From: Phoronis australis
Lineage: Eukaryota > Animalia > Phoronida
DNA length: 64,000 nt
NCBI GenBank assembly: GCA_002633005.1
Contig: NMRA01000376.1
Location: 155,564-219,563 of the forward strand
Direction of reading: 5' to 3'
The translations under genes were made by a program, and so were the position numbers. Below the pieces are notes generated by a model. The model had not been told where the DNA came from. It searched no databases and saw only the letters and a list, made by a program, of their open reading frames with translations. Positions within the stretch are counted from its first letter, which is position 1, and each line of letters starts with the position of its first letter. Below are positions 34,201 to 45,378 of this stretch, piece after piece.

Positions 34201-37200
34201 GTTCTCGTTTGCCTAAATACACAAACGTTCATAAGAGTTCGTGAATCTATTGCCAATAGACCATTTGCGAATTCAGAAGCAAAGTGGATTTTCTCTCCCA
34301 CTCGCATTGGCGTCATGGTGCCAACTACCCCAGACCCTTAACCCGAAAACGTTTACACCTCGAATTTAAGGAAAAAAACTTGGCACACTGGTACTTTTTG
34401 ACACGCTGAATCTCATCGGAGTCGGTTGCCCACATTTGAACTCAAGGTCACGGTCAAATCTCGAAAAACAAAATGGCCGCCAAGTAACACAATCTATGGT
34501 TGCTTGAGAGATGATAATATATTTTAAGGCTAGGTAATTAAATAGAAATGTATCAATATGACATTGTCACATACTTTCTTCATAATGTTAAGACCCCTCA
34601 TCTGCATAAATTCAATATGTCCGCCAGAATTTAACTAACCAACTGCAATTTTAACAAAGGTATCTATTTTGATCTGGTGCAAAACTAATAATACAAAAAC
34701 AAAATACGTTCTCTTACCAAATTTGGCGCTGCACACCGGGAATGCGTCTGGTGTCTGTAAACCTACACGCTGGTTTTCCATATGCTTGGCTACAGACTTT
34801 AGGCAGCGTAATGCAACAACATAGACATTTTGTCTCATTTTTCTGCTAAGTTTTGAAACCCACAACTTATCTGTTACGTACTATGAGATTTCCCTCTTCA
34901 TTACAGGCCGACACCGCGCTGTCTTTAGTGGGATCTCGTTCCTTCAACTTCCCTTTGGGATTTGAAGTAGAGCAGTTGTTAGCATTGCTGTTTGAGTCAT
35001 CAGTTTGCACAGCAATATTCTTCGTAATACTTCCGCTCCTCAATAACCGGAAAGTTGAATTCAAGTTCCACATGCGCCTAGGTAATACGCTTTTCCTCTT
35101 ATTTCAAGGTTGAACAATTTCAATCATTCAGTTGTACTTGCAATGAACATTATTGGAATCAAGTACTGTTGAGAGGTCCACACTCATGTTAGTGAGATGC
35201 ATTCCGCTCTCGCCGGCTACTAACTTTACAACATTTTGACATTGTGGCAACGAGCATTTGTGAACCTATAAAAAGCTGTACGTAGCAGTAATGATATCAG
35301 AAGCCAGGTTAAGATTTCCGAGAAGGTGACGTTTTACGGGTCGCAAAAAATTGATACGTGCGCATCCCAGAGCATAAGGATACGAGTGTAGTGTTTTCCA
35401 GAATTCAGGAAGTGTCAAACAGACGAAGGCGTCTGCTCGGTAAGATGGCAGTTGATTTTGGATATATGCTATCTGTTTACTAATGTCCACATAAAACTGA
35501 CCTTCTGGATGCTGGAAATACTAATCAAATGATGTGATCTTTACCCCCTGTTGACGGTGCTTCTTTCGGAGTGACACTGCTTTCCAACAATGCTTTATGT
35601 ATGTGACGTCATTGTCGCTAACATGAGTTTTGGTTTCCAGTCAAGGATGACAAAATCTTACATGGTGATGAGCACATTCGTTATACTCGGGTTTTGGGTA
35701 ATAGATACATTGACCTCAGGTTATTTGGTGAAGATCCTAGTTTAACGATATTGTCACACAACAGTTTTTTTCGAGTCTTTTGAGAAATTTTCTATTAATC
35801 GCTTACCTGTTGAATTGTGATTGATCCAATGGTCTCCAACATACCCAATATCGACGTATGAATGCCTGAGTTTCAAAAGATTCTGATTAGGGGTCCGGGT
35901 CTAAAATATCACACGTGAGGCCATGCATGTATCGGGGCCGGCGGGGTATTTATTTAAACCAAAACCCTTCACTGACCTTTGATACGTGTTTTTTCACCTG
36001 AAATCATGAATGCTTTAACTGGTGAATACTTGCCTCAATGTATGGTGTTGTAATTATAAAATATCGCAAAGCAATGTATATTCATCTTATCTTGAATATT
36101 TCATGAAAATCCACCTACAAATAATGGTTTTGCGGCGTTTTTAGTGATTGTAATCTGTGCTTAATTTCTTCTGAAAATTGAAATGGAACTGAGAAATATA
36201 GTTATAAAACGTGACAGTGAAAGAAGTCAATTTTCATGGAATAGACTCCTGGTGAAATAGTTATTTTAAATTTGCTGTCTCTCAGGCGTGGGATGCTTGC
36301 TGACAATGTGTGGTCTCATAGTGGGAATTGTGGTGGAGATTTTATACAACGCTGGCATTCTCCATCGGCTTCAGACGTACACCAAGTTTGAAGCGGTACA
36401 AATGTGCTTTTTCTACTTGAGCAATGCCATCATGCAGGTTACAGGTATGTCTGTAATTTTTTATTTTGTATTTTTTATGTTCAATGACGATTAACAGCCC
36501 GTTAGACACCAGAACAACTTACTCTTGACCTAGACTTTACAAAAGGATTGCTTTCTTCTGATTTTGAGATATCGCTAAATGCAATTAGAATTTGATGTTC
36601 AAATAAACACAATTCTCGAAAGTGTTTAGGCATTACCGTAACAATTTTTTGGTGTTATTAAAGTGGTCGTACTGGGCTGCGTGGCGTAGGCGCAAGATAC
36701 TCGGGAAAAAGCAAGCAGTCTAGCATTACAAAAAGTCAGGTTATCACGTTAGCTTTACTCATGATTGTCTTGCGTCTACGGAACAGAACCCTAGTTCATA
36801 TGGCCAATATCTTTTGTTTATGCAAATATTTGTAGTATTGTCGCAAGCATTGCTGTGCATTGCTCTGTGATTTACTAGAGGGCACGGCACCAGCAAATTA
36901 AAGCCAGCTAAGAATGTTAAATATCGCGATTTCAACAGTTCATACTATGTCTTCACTGCAACTTGTAAGATGGCTTGAGCTTTTCAAACCAAAATTCATT
37001 AACTTAAAGGGCATTGTCGACTTTAGAGCCAAAAACGCATTTTAGGGATTATTATTAGATGGGGAAATGGCATTCTACCGTATTCAGAACCCCATTCAAG
37101 ACAGTTGTAATCGGCCTTTTGTTGTTTGTGCTGGGATCTCGCGGTCACTAACGGAATAGGGCACGATAAGTCATCAATTTCACCTATCATTCGACGGGCC

Positions 37201-39438
37201 TACATTTGAGTGATTAAACTTGCGTTTCCTTATTTTTCTAAGGCTTTGCTAGGACTATCTGGTTAGCCCAATACATTTTTAAATAAAACAACAACATTCC
37301 GTTGAAATTAGGCTTCGAGGTTGCTTGTCTTTACTGTTCAAGTACGCTTATAATATTCGGCTCAACGACAGAACCTTTGCGGGGCTACTGGATTTTATGC
37401 CGCGCCTCATCTTATTTCAGTAAAATTGCTTTTCTCGTCGAGAATGTCACTTTAACCTCTCCAACATCTTTGCTGTTAATAGTTGATATGGTGACTATAT
37501 TTCTTTAGTTAGCTTCGTAATAGGTTCTTAAACTGAAATATAGCAAGTAACTCTACGTTTTCATTCTTCTCAGGTTACAAATACGCCTTCCTTGAATCAC
37601 TTCGCGGCGTTGAGGACATATTTATCGGACTTTTGCAATGTACACAAGGGGTTGGTTTGTTCCTCGGGTCAATCTTCATTGCACTTTGTGAGTACATATA
37701 ATTAGAGTCGATTGTGTCAACTGTCTCCACTGAGATTTCCCCCCATAATATTTTTCAGCAACACTCCACGATTTTCAGTCAACGTTAACGTTGTTCAATA
37801 AGTTACTTGGGCATTGTATGGATTGTTCATCTACAGTTTGTCTTCTGTATCTGCTATTGAGCAGGAGAAGTCCAAATACCCCGGCCACTATTACGCCCAA
37901 CGCTACACCAGAGGCTTCTGGGCTTAAAATTGCTCAGCGATAATCATTTATACTGTGTTCACAACCACAACTAGAGTTAATCGAGAGTTGCAATCAAGTA
38001 TTCTGCCTATCTAAGTATAAATTTGTCTATTGAAAAACTACACATTTTCAAGAATTAATGATTCAAAGTATATATATAAAACACAAAAAGTAACCGAAAT
38101 CGGTCTTCGAATCGTATAAATTGGTTCGTGATAATTGGGTTTGCGTACGTCAAAATTCTGCCACATTTCCTTGTATGATATCATGGGATGCGCATCAATA
38201 TAGATTGCAGTTGTTTACAGGAAACGAAGGCGTTGAACTAAATTGTTACATGTTTGTATGTAAATGACACAATTTGGTACATTGACATCGCTAAGAAAAA
38301 GTTTAGTTCTTTTTGAGTATCGAGCAAACGATTTTTACAAACCTGTTGACATTTTATTATTTCTTAGTTTTCTTTAAGTCCAGTTTGAAATCATTTATTT
38401 TGTGGTGCACTATCAAAAATTCTAAAGGTGAGTTTATGAAGATCTATGTCATACTGTAAGAGCATTGGTTTGTTTTAAGTTTTATTTGATGAGGCGTACG
38501 CGAAAATGAACCTGAAAGAGCCTCTTGCAGTTTTTGAAACTATAAAAGCAGCTCTCATTTGAAACATCTCAAACATTGTTTCTTGAATACAAAAATGCTG
38601 CAAGAACTACACTTCACTTGCAGAACCTAATGTTTAGTTTTCAAATATTAAAGTGTCTTTGTAGTTTCTATGGATTGTAAAGTCACTACTGGGGTTATTG
38701 AAGACAACAATAAAATATTGTAAGAGGTACACTTGCAGAGCATAGAAATTAGCATTTTTCAAAATTAATGATAGACCGCAATAGTGGACAGCTCATGTTA
38801 GTTTCTTACTGCAGTGAATTAAATTGACTTCAACTACTTGACTTATAAGGAAAGTTATCTCTGTTCAATAATCTTCACCAGATGAGACATGTCCTGTAAG
38901 TAACGCAAAATATATGGAAATGAGCTGTCTGGTCTGGCTTGATATTGAGGCGATACAAGCGGGTATTCAATGTAAATGTCAAGTTCTTGTGACCGTTCCG
39001 TGGACGTAAGACACTCGTGAGATAAGATACTGTGATCACGTGTCTTGTTGCTAATGAATACCGATATCTCGCGAATTTGACTAGAGCGCTTTTGCGTTTT
39101 CGCGAGTTTTTGCGTCTACGGAACGCTAGCTAATATTAATGCAGACAGTGGGTGCAATTTCGCTGATCATTTCAGGGAATTGGAGAATACGGGAGCGAGT
39201 TTGGTACTTCGTATCGCTCACCTCTATATTGGGCGTCATATTTATTTTGGTAGCCGTTTTATCTACACGTCACGAAGTACTTCAGTTGCGCCTAACGGAG
39301 AATGATAACGAGGACGAGAATGAGGGACCGTCTTCAACACAGACACAGTCGAGTGCAAACAAAGAAGAAGGAGAAGTCAGAGAGGACTCGCCCCTCAGCG
39401 AAGGACGTTCCACATGTAGCATGTACGATACCCTGTGA
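30881..39438 (+). CDS. Divergent SLC15/POT (PTR2) family MFS oligopeptide-transporter-like protein, paralog 2 (10 exons, about 603 aa)
   Basis: Exons 30881-31238, 31435-31533, 32122-32228, 32780-32916, 33127-33311, 33791-34005, 34907-35081, 36286-36444, 37574-37687 and 39176-39438. All introns are GT-AG, totalling 1812 nt in frame, with the same phases as paralog 1. Motifs: LLERTAE, FTGVNYFSPIFGALVTCCFTGR, IGTATMKTS, LPVFGIFVIYSWVYQE, HMRLGVG and GYKYAFLESLRGVEDIFIGL. The start ATG is the least certain part. Confidence 0.85.
31435..31533 (+). CDS. SLC15-like paralog 2, exon 2
   Basis: tttcag| GVNYFSPIFGALVTCCFTGRVLSIVIGCTISLI |gtgagc. Confidence 0.85.
32122..32228 (+). CDS. SLC15-like paralog 2, exon 3
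   Basis: cttctag| GTSILMADC...YYCGWSS |gtaagt. Confidence 0.75.
32780..32916 (+). CDS. SLC15-like paralog 2, exon 4
   Basis: ttccag| ELATIPLVTFAIGTATMKTSVLTLFVQQ...KLFT |gtaatc. Confidence 0.85.
33127..33311 (+). CDS. SLC15-like paralog 2, exon 5
   Basis: tttcag| TFMLTCHGD...VFLLGYRVFKRQPTK |gtaaat. Confidence 0.85.
33791..34005 (+). CDS. SLC15-like paralog 2, exon 6
   Basis: ttttcag| DVIAGIVRL...LPVFGIFVIYSWVYQE |gtaaga. Confidence 0.85.
34907..35081 (+). CDS. SLC15-like paralog 2, exon 7
   Basis: ttacag| ADTALSLVG...FKFHMRL |gtaata. Confidence 0.8.
36286..36444 (+). CDS. SLC15-like paralog 2, exon 8
   Basis: ctctcag| GVGCLLTMCGLIVG...FYLSNAIMQVT |gtatgt. Confidence 0.85.
37574..37687 (+). 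CDS. SLC15-like paralog 2, exon 9
   Basis: ttctcag| GYKYAFLESLRGVEDIFIGLLQCTQGVGLFLGSIFIAL |gtgagt. Confidence 0.85.
39176..39438 (+). CDS. SLC15-like paralog 2, exon 10
   Basis: atttcag| WNWRIRERVWYFVSLTSILGVIFILVAVLS...YDTL*. Confidence 0.8.
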
Positions 39439-40607
39439 TAAAAAATGCTCGCTGTGGTAAATTAAAGCCGCATACAGCACCAATGTAAAAGACATTAAGG
39501 GAAATCCCTCTGCCTGATTCAACTTGGAAAAAAAACAAGTTTCAGACTGAAAAAATAGACGACAAGGCAATTCACGAGTGCAGTAGTGCAAATCTGCAAA
39601 GGCTTATAACTTGTCTATTTCACAAAAAAATGTTACTTTTTAAATTTGGGCTATGCATGCAGCAAAATATGTGAGAATTTCAAATAAATTTAATTTCTTT
39701 ATACTAATAGTTGTTGTGCCTTCTGGTGAATAACGCCGTCTGGAAGGCTGTGGCCATGCACTGCTTGTTTAGGTGCAGCCCTCAAACACATCAAATCTCC
39801 CTACAAAATTTTCCTATAATGCAACGCCCTATTGTTTGTCAACCTACACACTCAGTGATTCTGTGAATATCACTACTTGCACACGTTGGGGGTGCTGCAA
39901 AAATTATTGTTGTGCATTTTTGTTTAAGACACAATGCCTCATTTAAGTATCAATTTTAATATCGGAAAGCGCGCGCGCTCCAAACATGCAGAACCATTCG
40001 TAGTTTGGGAACAACACCTCATTTTCAAGCGTAATTGCGAATTCGTGAAGTAGTGAATATTATCCCATACGCGTTGAATCTGTCGAGGGAAATACGGCCA
40101 TGTAATAAAGTTTTCCGTATTCACCTCCCGCACTACTTCAACAGTGACCTCTGACATGCAAAGTTCAAAAGATAGGTCAATGTTGACTCGACGTCTTCAG
40201 CCGGTTCGATCATCAAACTTTCCAAATATAGTTTAAAGTAATACAGTTGCAGCAGTGTAACTAACACTCGACAGGTAACCAGGCCCTAAACGTAAAATCT
40301 GGAACAAAACCGTTAATTGTAAGACACTTATGTCTCAGTTTTCAATTGCTGAATACTATATCGTCTGTAACTCAGGCGCCGATTCCCAGGAAACTAAAAT
40401 ATCAAATGTTGTTTTTAACAATTTCAGGAGATGTTACAAGTTCACTGCACAGTTGCCGTTGTTTTCATCTTTGTTACCTCTTTTTAAGAATTAAATCGTT
40501 ACTTTTAAAACTGTTTCTTTTACAAGAGAAAACTTGCAACCTAACGCGCAAGTACATACATATAGGGTGTGATCAGCCATGTGAACAGCAGGGTGAAGTA
40601 TTCTTAA

Positions 40608-41599
40608 TGTCCTTGTCTCACGCGTTGTTAACCCTTATTACATGGTTAGAAGATGTTATAAGGAACCAAGAAGTACCTACCCCATAACTAATACACGATC
40701 CGTACTCGAAAACAGTTTAAATGAACGCGCCACTCACGATTCGCACCCGAAGAAACACCGCCATTTTGAACTTGCCGCGAACCCGGAAGTACAAATTGTA
40801 CTTCCGGGTTCGCGGCATTCATTCAGGAACCCAGGCCGAGAAAACGCCGTCAGTGCCACACGAGCAGTGCCTGTACTGTTACCAGCCAGCAAACGAGGAT
40901 AAAATGATCGACAGCGCGCCTTAATTTTAATAAAATCAAACTACAGACAATTTTATCGAATTTGCTGAAGAAATGTGGCGAATAAATTTTGACAGAAATT
41001 ATTTTGCCAGACTCGGGACCGCAGCCTATCGGACCCGGTGCGGATCGAGACCAGACACTGGCGAACGGTAAATGCATGCGGTTGCAAGCTGTTTTGTCGA
41101 AGTAAAATGGTCAAATGATAAATGCTGCATATATTCAAGGGTAGTTTCAGATACTTGCATGAAATTACGGGCTGGTTAGTCCTGTGTNNNNNNNNNNNNN
41201 NNNNNNNNNNNNNNNNNNNNNNNNNNNNNNNNNNNNNNNAAAATCAACGACCACAAACTACAAACTATAAATACACTACATATGCAAACGAATCACGATA
41301 TATTACTAATAAAACAAAATAATGAAAACTTTTCGAGCAAGCCATAGCACATTCAGTTACAAGGAAAAAATGGCGGCGTTCAGGACAAGTTCCTGAACTG
41401 ATGAGCCGGAAATGTGGATACGGAAATAACCGATGACAACCGGTAATCATACGCTCAGAGAAAAGGGTCAAATACGGTTGAAAAATCGCTTTTGGCAAGA
41501 AAGGCGAAAAGAATGTAAAGAAAGGGTGTCGAAAATAAGATTTTATGTAGTAAGTATTTTCGGATACTAGAACCACATGGGCAGTTTGCAACAAGGACT
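40608..41599. mobile_element. TTAA-specific non-autonomous DNA transposon (Kolobok-like)
   Basis: TTAA (40604-40607)|tgtccttgt ... acaaggact|TTAA (41600-41603). The paralogous empty site at about 24608 (gtatttaaaaaatctg) has a single TTAA. Confidence 0.8.
41188..41239. other. Assembly gap (52 N)
   Basis: Run of n characters. Confidence 0.99.
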
Positions 41600-42852
41600 T
41601 TAAAACCTGCCGAAAAAAATGTACGAAACTTAGGAATTCGAAGCGCATGGGATAAATACAAATTCGGTCGAGGTCGATACGCGGAATAATGTCTCGTGGG
41701 AAATTACTTCATGTACGCTACTCTCGGTACGTTTTGTGTATGTATCGTTTCAAAGTTCTGAACATTTTTGTTTATTAGTACACTGCATAATAATTAAACT
41801 TGGAAGGAAAATATGTGACATAATTCATGATGAAGACCGCTTGTAAACCGACAGCGGCATGCGATCGAGATTCGATTTTCTGCTCCAGTTGAAGTCAAAT
41901 GTCTCGGTCCTGCAGCGGCCGATGGTCTCCAGTTAATTGTAGTTCGATGGGTCTTCTGGATTACAAATCCCAGCATGAGTTCAACAAAATCTGATAACTC
42001 TCGCACAATTTCCTCTTGTCGTTCGATTTATTTCGTGATCAATGTAAACGCGACCGCTTTTCTGTGACTCGCTTAAGCTGAGCTGCTGGCCTACATTTAA
42101 CTCCACCTACAGTGAATCACGTGATCAGCTTTGGACAGACAACGCTCTTCAAGTTTCAGTGTTTGAAATACGATAATTACTTATTTACACTTTGATAAAT
42201 TCAATTTTATTTTGAAAAATAAACTAAAGCAACTGTCACAACCGTATATCATAGTTTGGAATACAAATTGAGAACAAAGCGGTGAGTTTGACATAGGAAC
42301 CAGTAAGATACTGATTCCAATGTTTGACTGTTGACATAATTGCGTTTTTCAGCGATTGATGTTAAAACACGATTGCAAACTTCGGAACACGGTATTGACA
42401 AATACACTTAAGAAAGAAACTTGAATGCATATAGGTTTTCCCACATACACAGGAATGCTACTGCCATATGCTTTCGAGAATTCATTTCATCCGGGAATGT
42501 CCCAACCAAAGTGAAGGTCAAGAGCGTTTGAAATCTTGTCTCCATCGTGAATTTGTGATTTTGGGGGAGAAAAATACACTGTGAGGTCACTTTTGGTACC
42601 TGTTTATTACTTGGATATACCAATGGCTTCGTTAATTTTTTTTTGACCTAGAGAAACTCCATTCACTCCTTCTACAACATATGCCCTTAGGTTAATATCT
42701 CGATTCGAGAAATGACGTCAGAAGTGAACCAAAAAAATTTAGTCATATTAAACAAACCTGTTGATATAGTTCTTACCTGAAGGAGCCCGTGATTTGGAAA
42801 CGGTACGGTAGTCGTACATATATAAGTATGCCCTCACCTTTGCGACACCAGA

Positions 42853-43964
42853 AGGAGAATGCCACCCAAAAAACAACCTTTTTGTATCAATTTAGATCGA
42901 GTAGTTCTGCTCGATTACCGCACGTTCGGTTGCGTTACCTGACACCTGACGGCAGACAGAGGTGTTGAAGTTATCCAATGACGTCATTGGTTTCACAGTC
43001 ATGCAGTCTGTTCAGCAGTTCACAACACCGGTTACTGGTGTCAGCTTATCACTCGAATTCATCGTTTAACACCAATAAATCATCAAACTTCGATGTAAAA
43101 CCCTTAAAAATACACCGAGTTCTTATAACCGTAGCCTACAAAGTTCGGCAGGCCAATTTACCAAGGTTCGTAGCAGGAGTTTGAGATCTGTTCGGAGATA
43201 TATTCGAAGTATTCTTCTGTGAAATACAGACAGAAGAACCTATAGATCTTTGTTGTTTATACTTGTGATTTTTTGAGTTCTAAACACATAAAACGCTTGT
43301 TATCCCGGCCAGTGGCTCGGAACCCGATCAGGCCCGTCGCGGCCGCCGGGCTGGCACGAACATAAACGGCCAGCTTGAATTGGAAACTAAACCTCAAGTC
43401 ACGAAAAGACTATAATAGTGAGCCAAAGAATAATTCATTTTGAAACAGAACGCAGAATAATAAACGTCTGCATGACAACTCATTTCGAACCGGAATACAC
43501 TGATCAAGAAATACTAGAGAGGCGCCGTGAACATACACAGGCAACGGAACGTATGGATAGTTCCTTGGTAAGCCGGAATTCGTCAGAGAAATGACTGTCG
43601 ACGAAATTCCGGCCACAGACCCGGAGATGTTTCACGGTCTCATACTTGCTATTAACAGCGTACCTTTCTTTCTTCACTACCGCGAGCCACTTCTTAAGCA
43701 GTTCGGGCTCTCGAGGAAGTCGAAAAAACGATATATCCATTTTCTTCGCAGCTTCATAGTTCGCACAAGCGGGAACGATGCACCGCAATATAGCGGCATT
43801 CACTCTGCAGACTAACCACTGACGTCGCTGCGTCGTTTCTCACCTTCTTCACAGGTTAACGCCGACACCTCTCGGCAAGGTGAATTCGAGCGTATAAGAG
43901 ACGATGTGGATATAGACCGATTAAGACGGTAAAAAGGACTAATTAAATCGGGTGGCATTCTCCT
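42853..43964 (-). mobile_element. Kolobok-like element with THAP-domain ORF
   Basis: 15-bp TIR aggagaatgccaccc (42853-42867) / gggtggcattctcct (43950-43964), right flank ttat (degenerate TTAA). It encloses the THAP ORF at 43803-43504. Confidence 0.7.
43504..43803 (-). pseudogene. THAP zinc-finger domain (transposase N-terminus), degenerate
   Basis: CIVPACAN...ISFFRLPREPELLKKWLAVV...LRVCGRNFVDSHF matches the C2CH THAP consensus, with the CxxHF His replaced by Asn and no in-frame ATG upstream of the first Cys. Confidence 0.8.
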
Positions 43965-44968
43965 TTATGGAAAACGTCCAGCTGAGGCATACATAGAGAC
44001 AATCCGACACATTCCTCATTTAGTCCAAAGACTTGTTTTGCATTACACTTGCACTCGCTTGTGCGATGCCTTATAAGTGTCTCCATATAAAAACCAATAG
44101 GTAGAGTCTGTACCCAAAATCACATATTTTGGGACTTAGCACGTGAGTTTGGTTTAGTGAGATGTTGAAGAATTTCGATTTTTAAGAATTCTCATCCATT
44201 ATTTCTCTTTTTTATGACATGTACCTTCATTTTGCAACAAAATTGGGCATCGAAGTAGATATGTTTGAATGCATTTTACTAGCATGTATAGCAAGCTGAT
44301 AACAAGTGAATAATACAGTTTTAAAGGACTATGGTTGACTAATTTAATGTCATAACTTTCAAAATTCATTTTCAAATTTGTATGTTTTGATTTTGTGTGG
44401 CAAAAACGGCCATTTTGCAGGTTTTCACTGAAGCCATTTTAGGCCAACTTTGGCACTCTGTAGCAGCCATATTCCACCTTTTCAAAAACTGACTTTATAA
44501 TGATTTGTTTAGTCATTCCTTACCTCTTCATAATCTAAAATAAAAAAATCTTTTCTCTCCAGTAGTTTTTGCTTACGAAGCATTACATCAGCTGCACTTT
44601 GTCCTATTTGCCTGTTCTAAGTTGACTCAACCACCAATAGGGGGCCTCTTGAAAAGTGTAATTAGCTTACAAAAACGACATGAAAACATGTATTTTAGAG
44701 AAAAATCAGACAGCACTATTAATTACCGTTCTCTTAAAACCTCGCTGATGATTATTGCTTATTACAAAAATTATGTACATCAAATGTGACTGGCATGCGT
44801 GCTTCGTCCTAAGATGTTACGGTCTCTGCTTCGTCTAAATGATAGATGGCGTCGCTGTTTATTTACATGGTGACTGGACGCGACTACCAGCAGAATCTGC
44901 CTTACTCGTGTTTTTTATCTTCGTTGTAAGAGCCACTGGCATAGGAAGAGAGGCACTTAAGGGGGTTA

Positions 44969-45378
44969 TGACCCTCAGTTCAGTGCAAAACACTCGGTCA
45001 AAACTATTGTAATTTAGCGTTCATGTTGTAATGTCCCCGTAGGTTGCTACGAATTTTAATCTCCACACCGGTCGCCGGCCACCCCAGCATTGAATATTTC
45101 TGACAGTGCGATCATTAAGGGTATAAAAAGGCATACATTCAAGGTCAAGAGAAAACAATTCATGCAACACCATTTTATTAATGACTCAGTTCATGACAGA
45201 CATTAGGTAAACACATTTCAACACAATGGTCTGGACTTCATAGCAAACATACCCAGTGACTGATTCTGTGCCATGGAAGGGGGGTCAGATACAGCCGGGC
45301 GCCTGCCGAAGGGGGGTGGGGGTGCTAAACAAGTGTCGTCCAAGGGGGGGCACCAGCCATCTGTTAACTGAGGGGTCA
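44969..45378. mobile_element. MITE-like element
   Basis: Inverted tgaccctcagtt / aactgaggggtca ends; G-run-rich interior. Confidence 0.45.

Larger units (their letters stand above)
40091..41742 (+). repeat. Interspersed repeat family C, copy 2 (interrupted by a TTAA element)
   Basis: Collinear with 24127-24782 apart from the 40608-41599 insertion. Confidence 0.9.
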
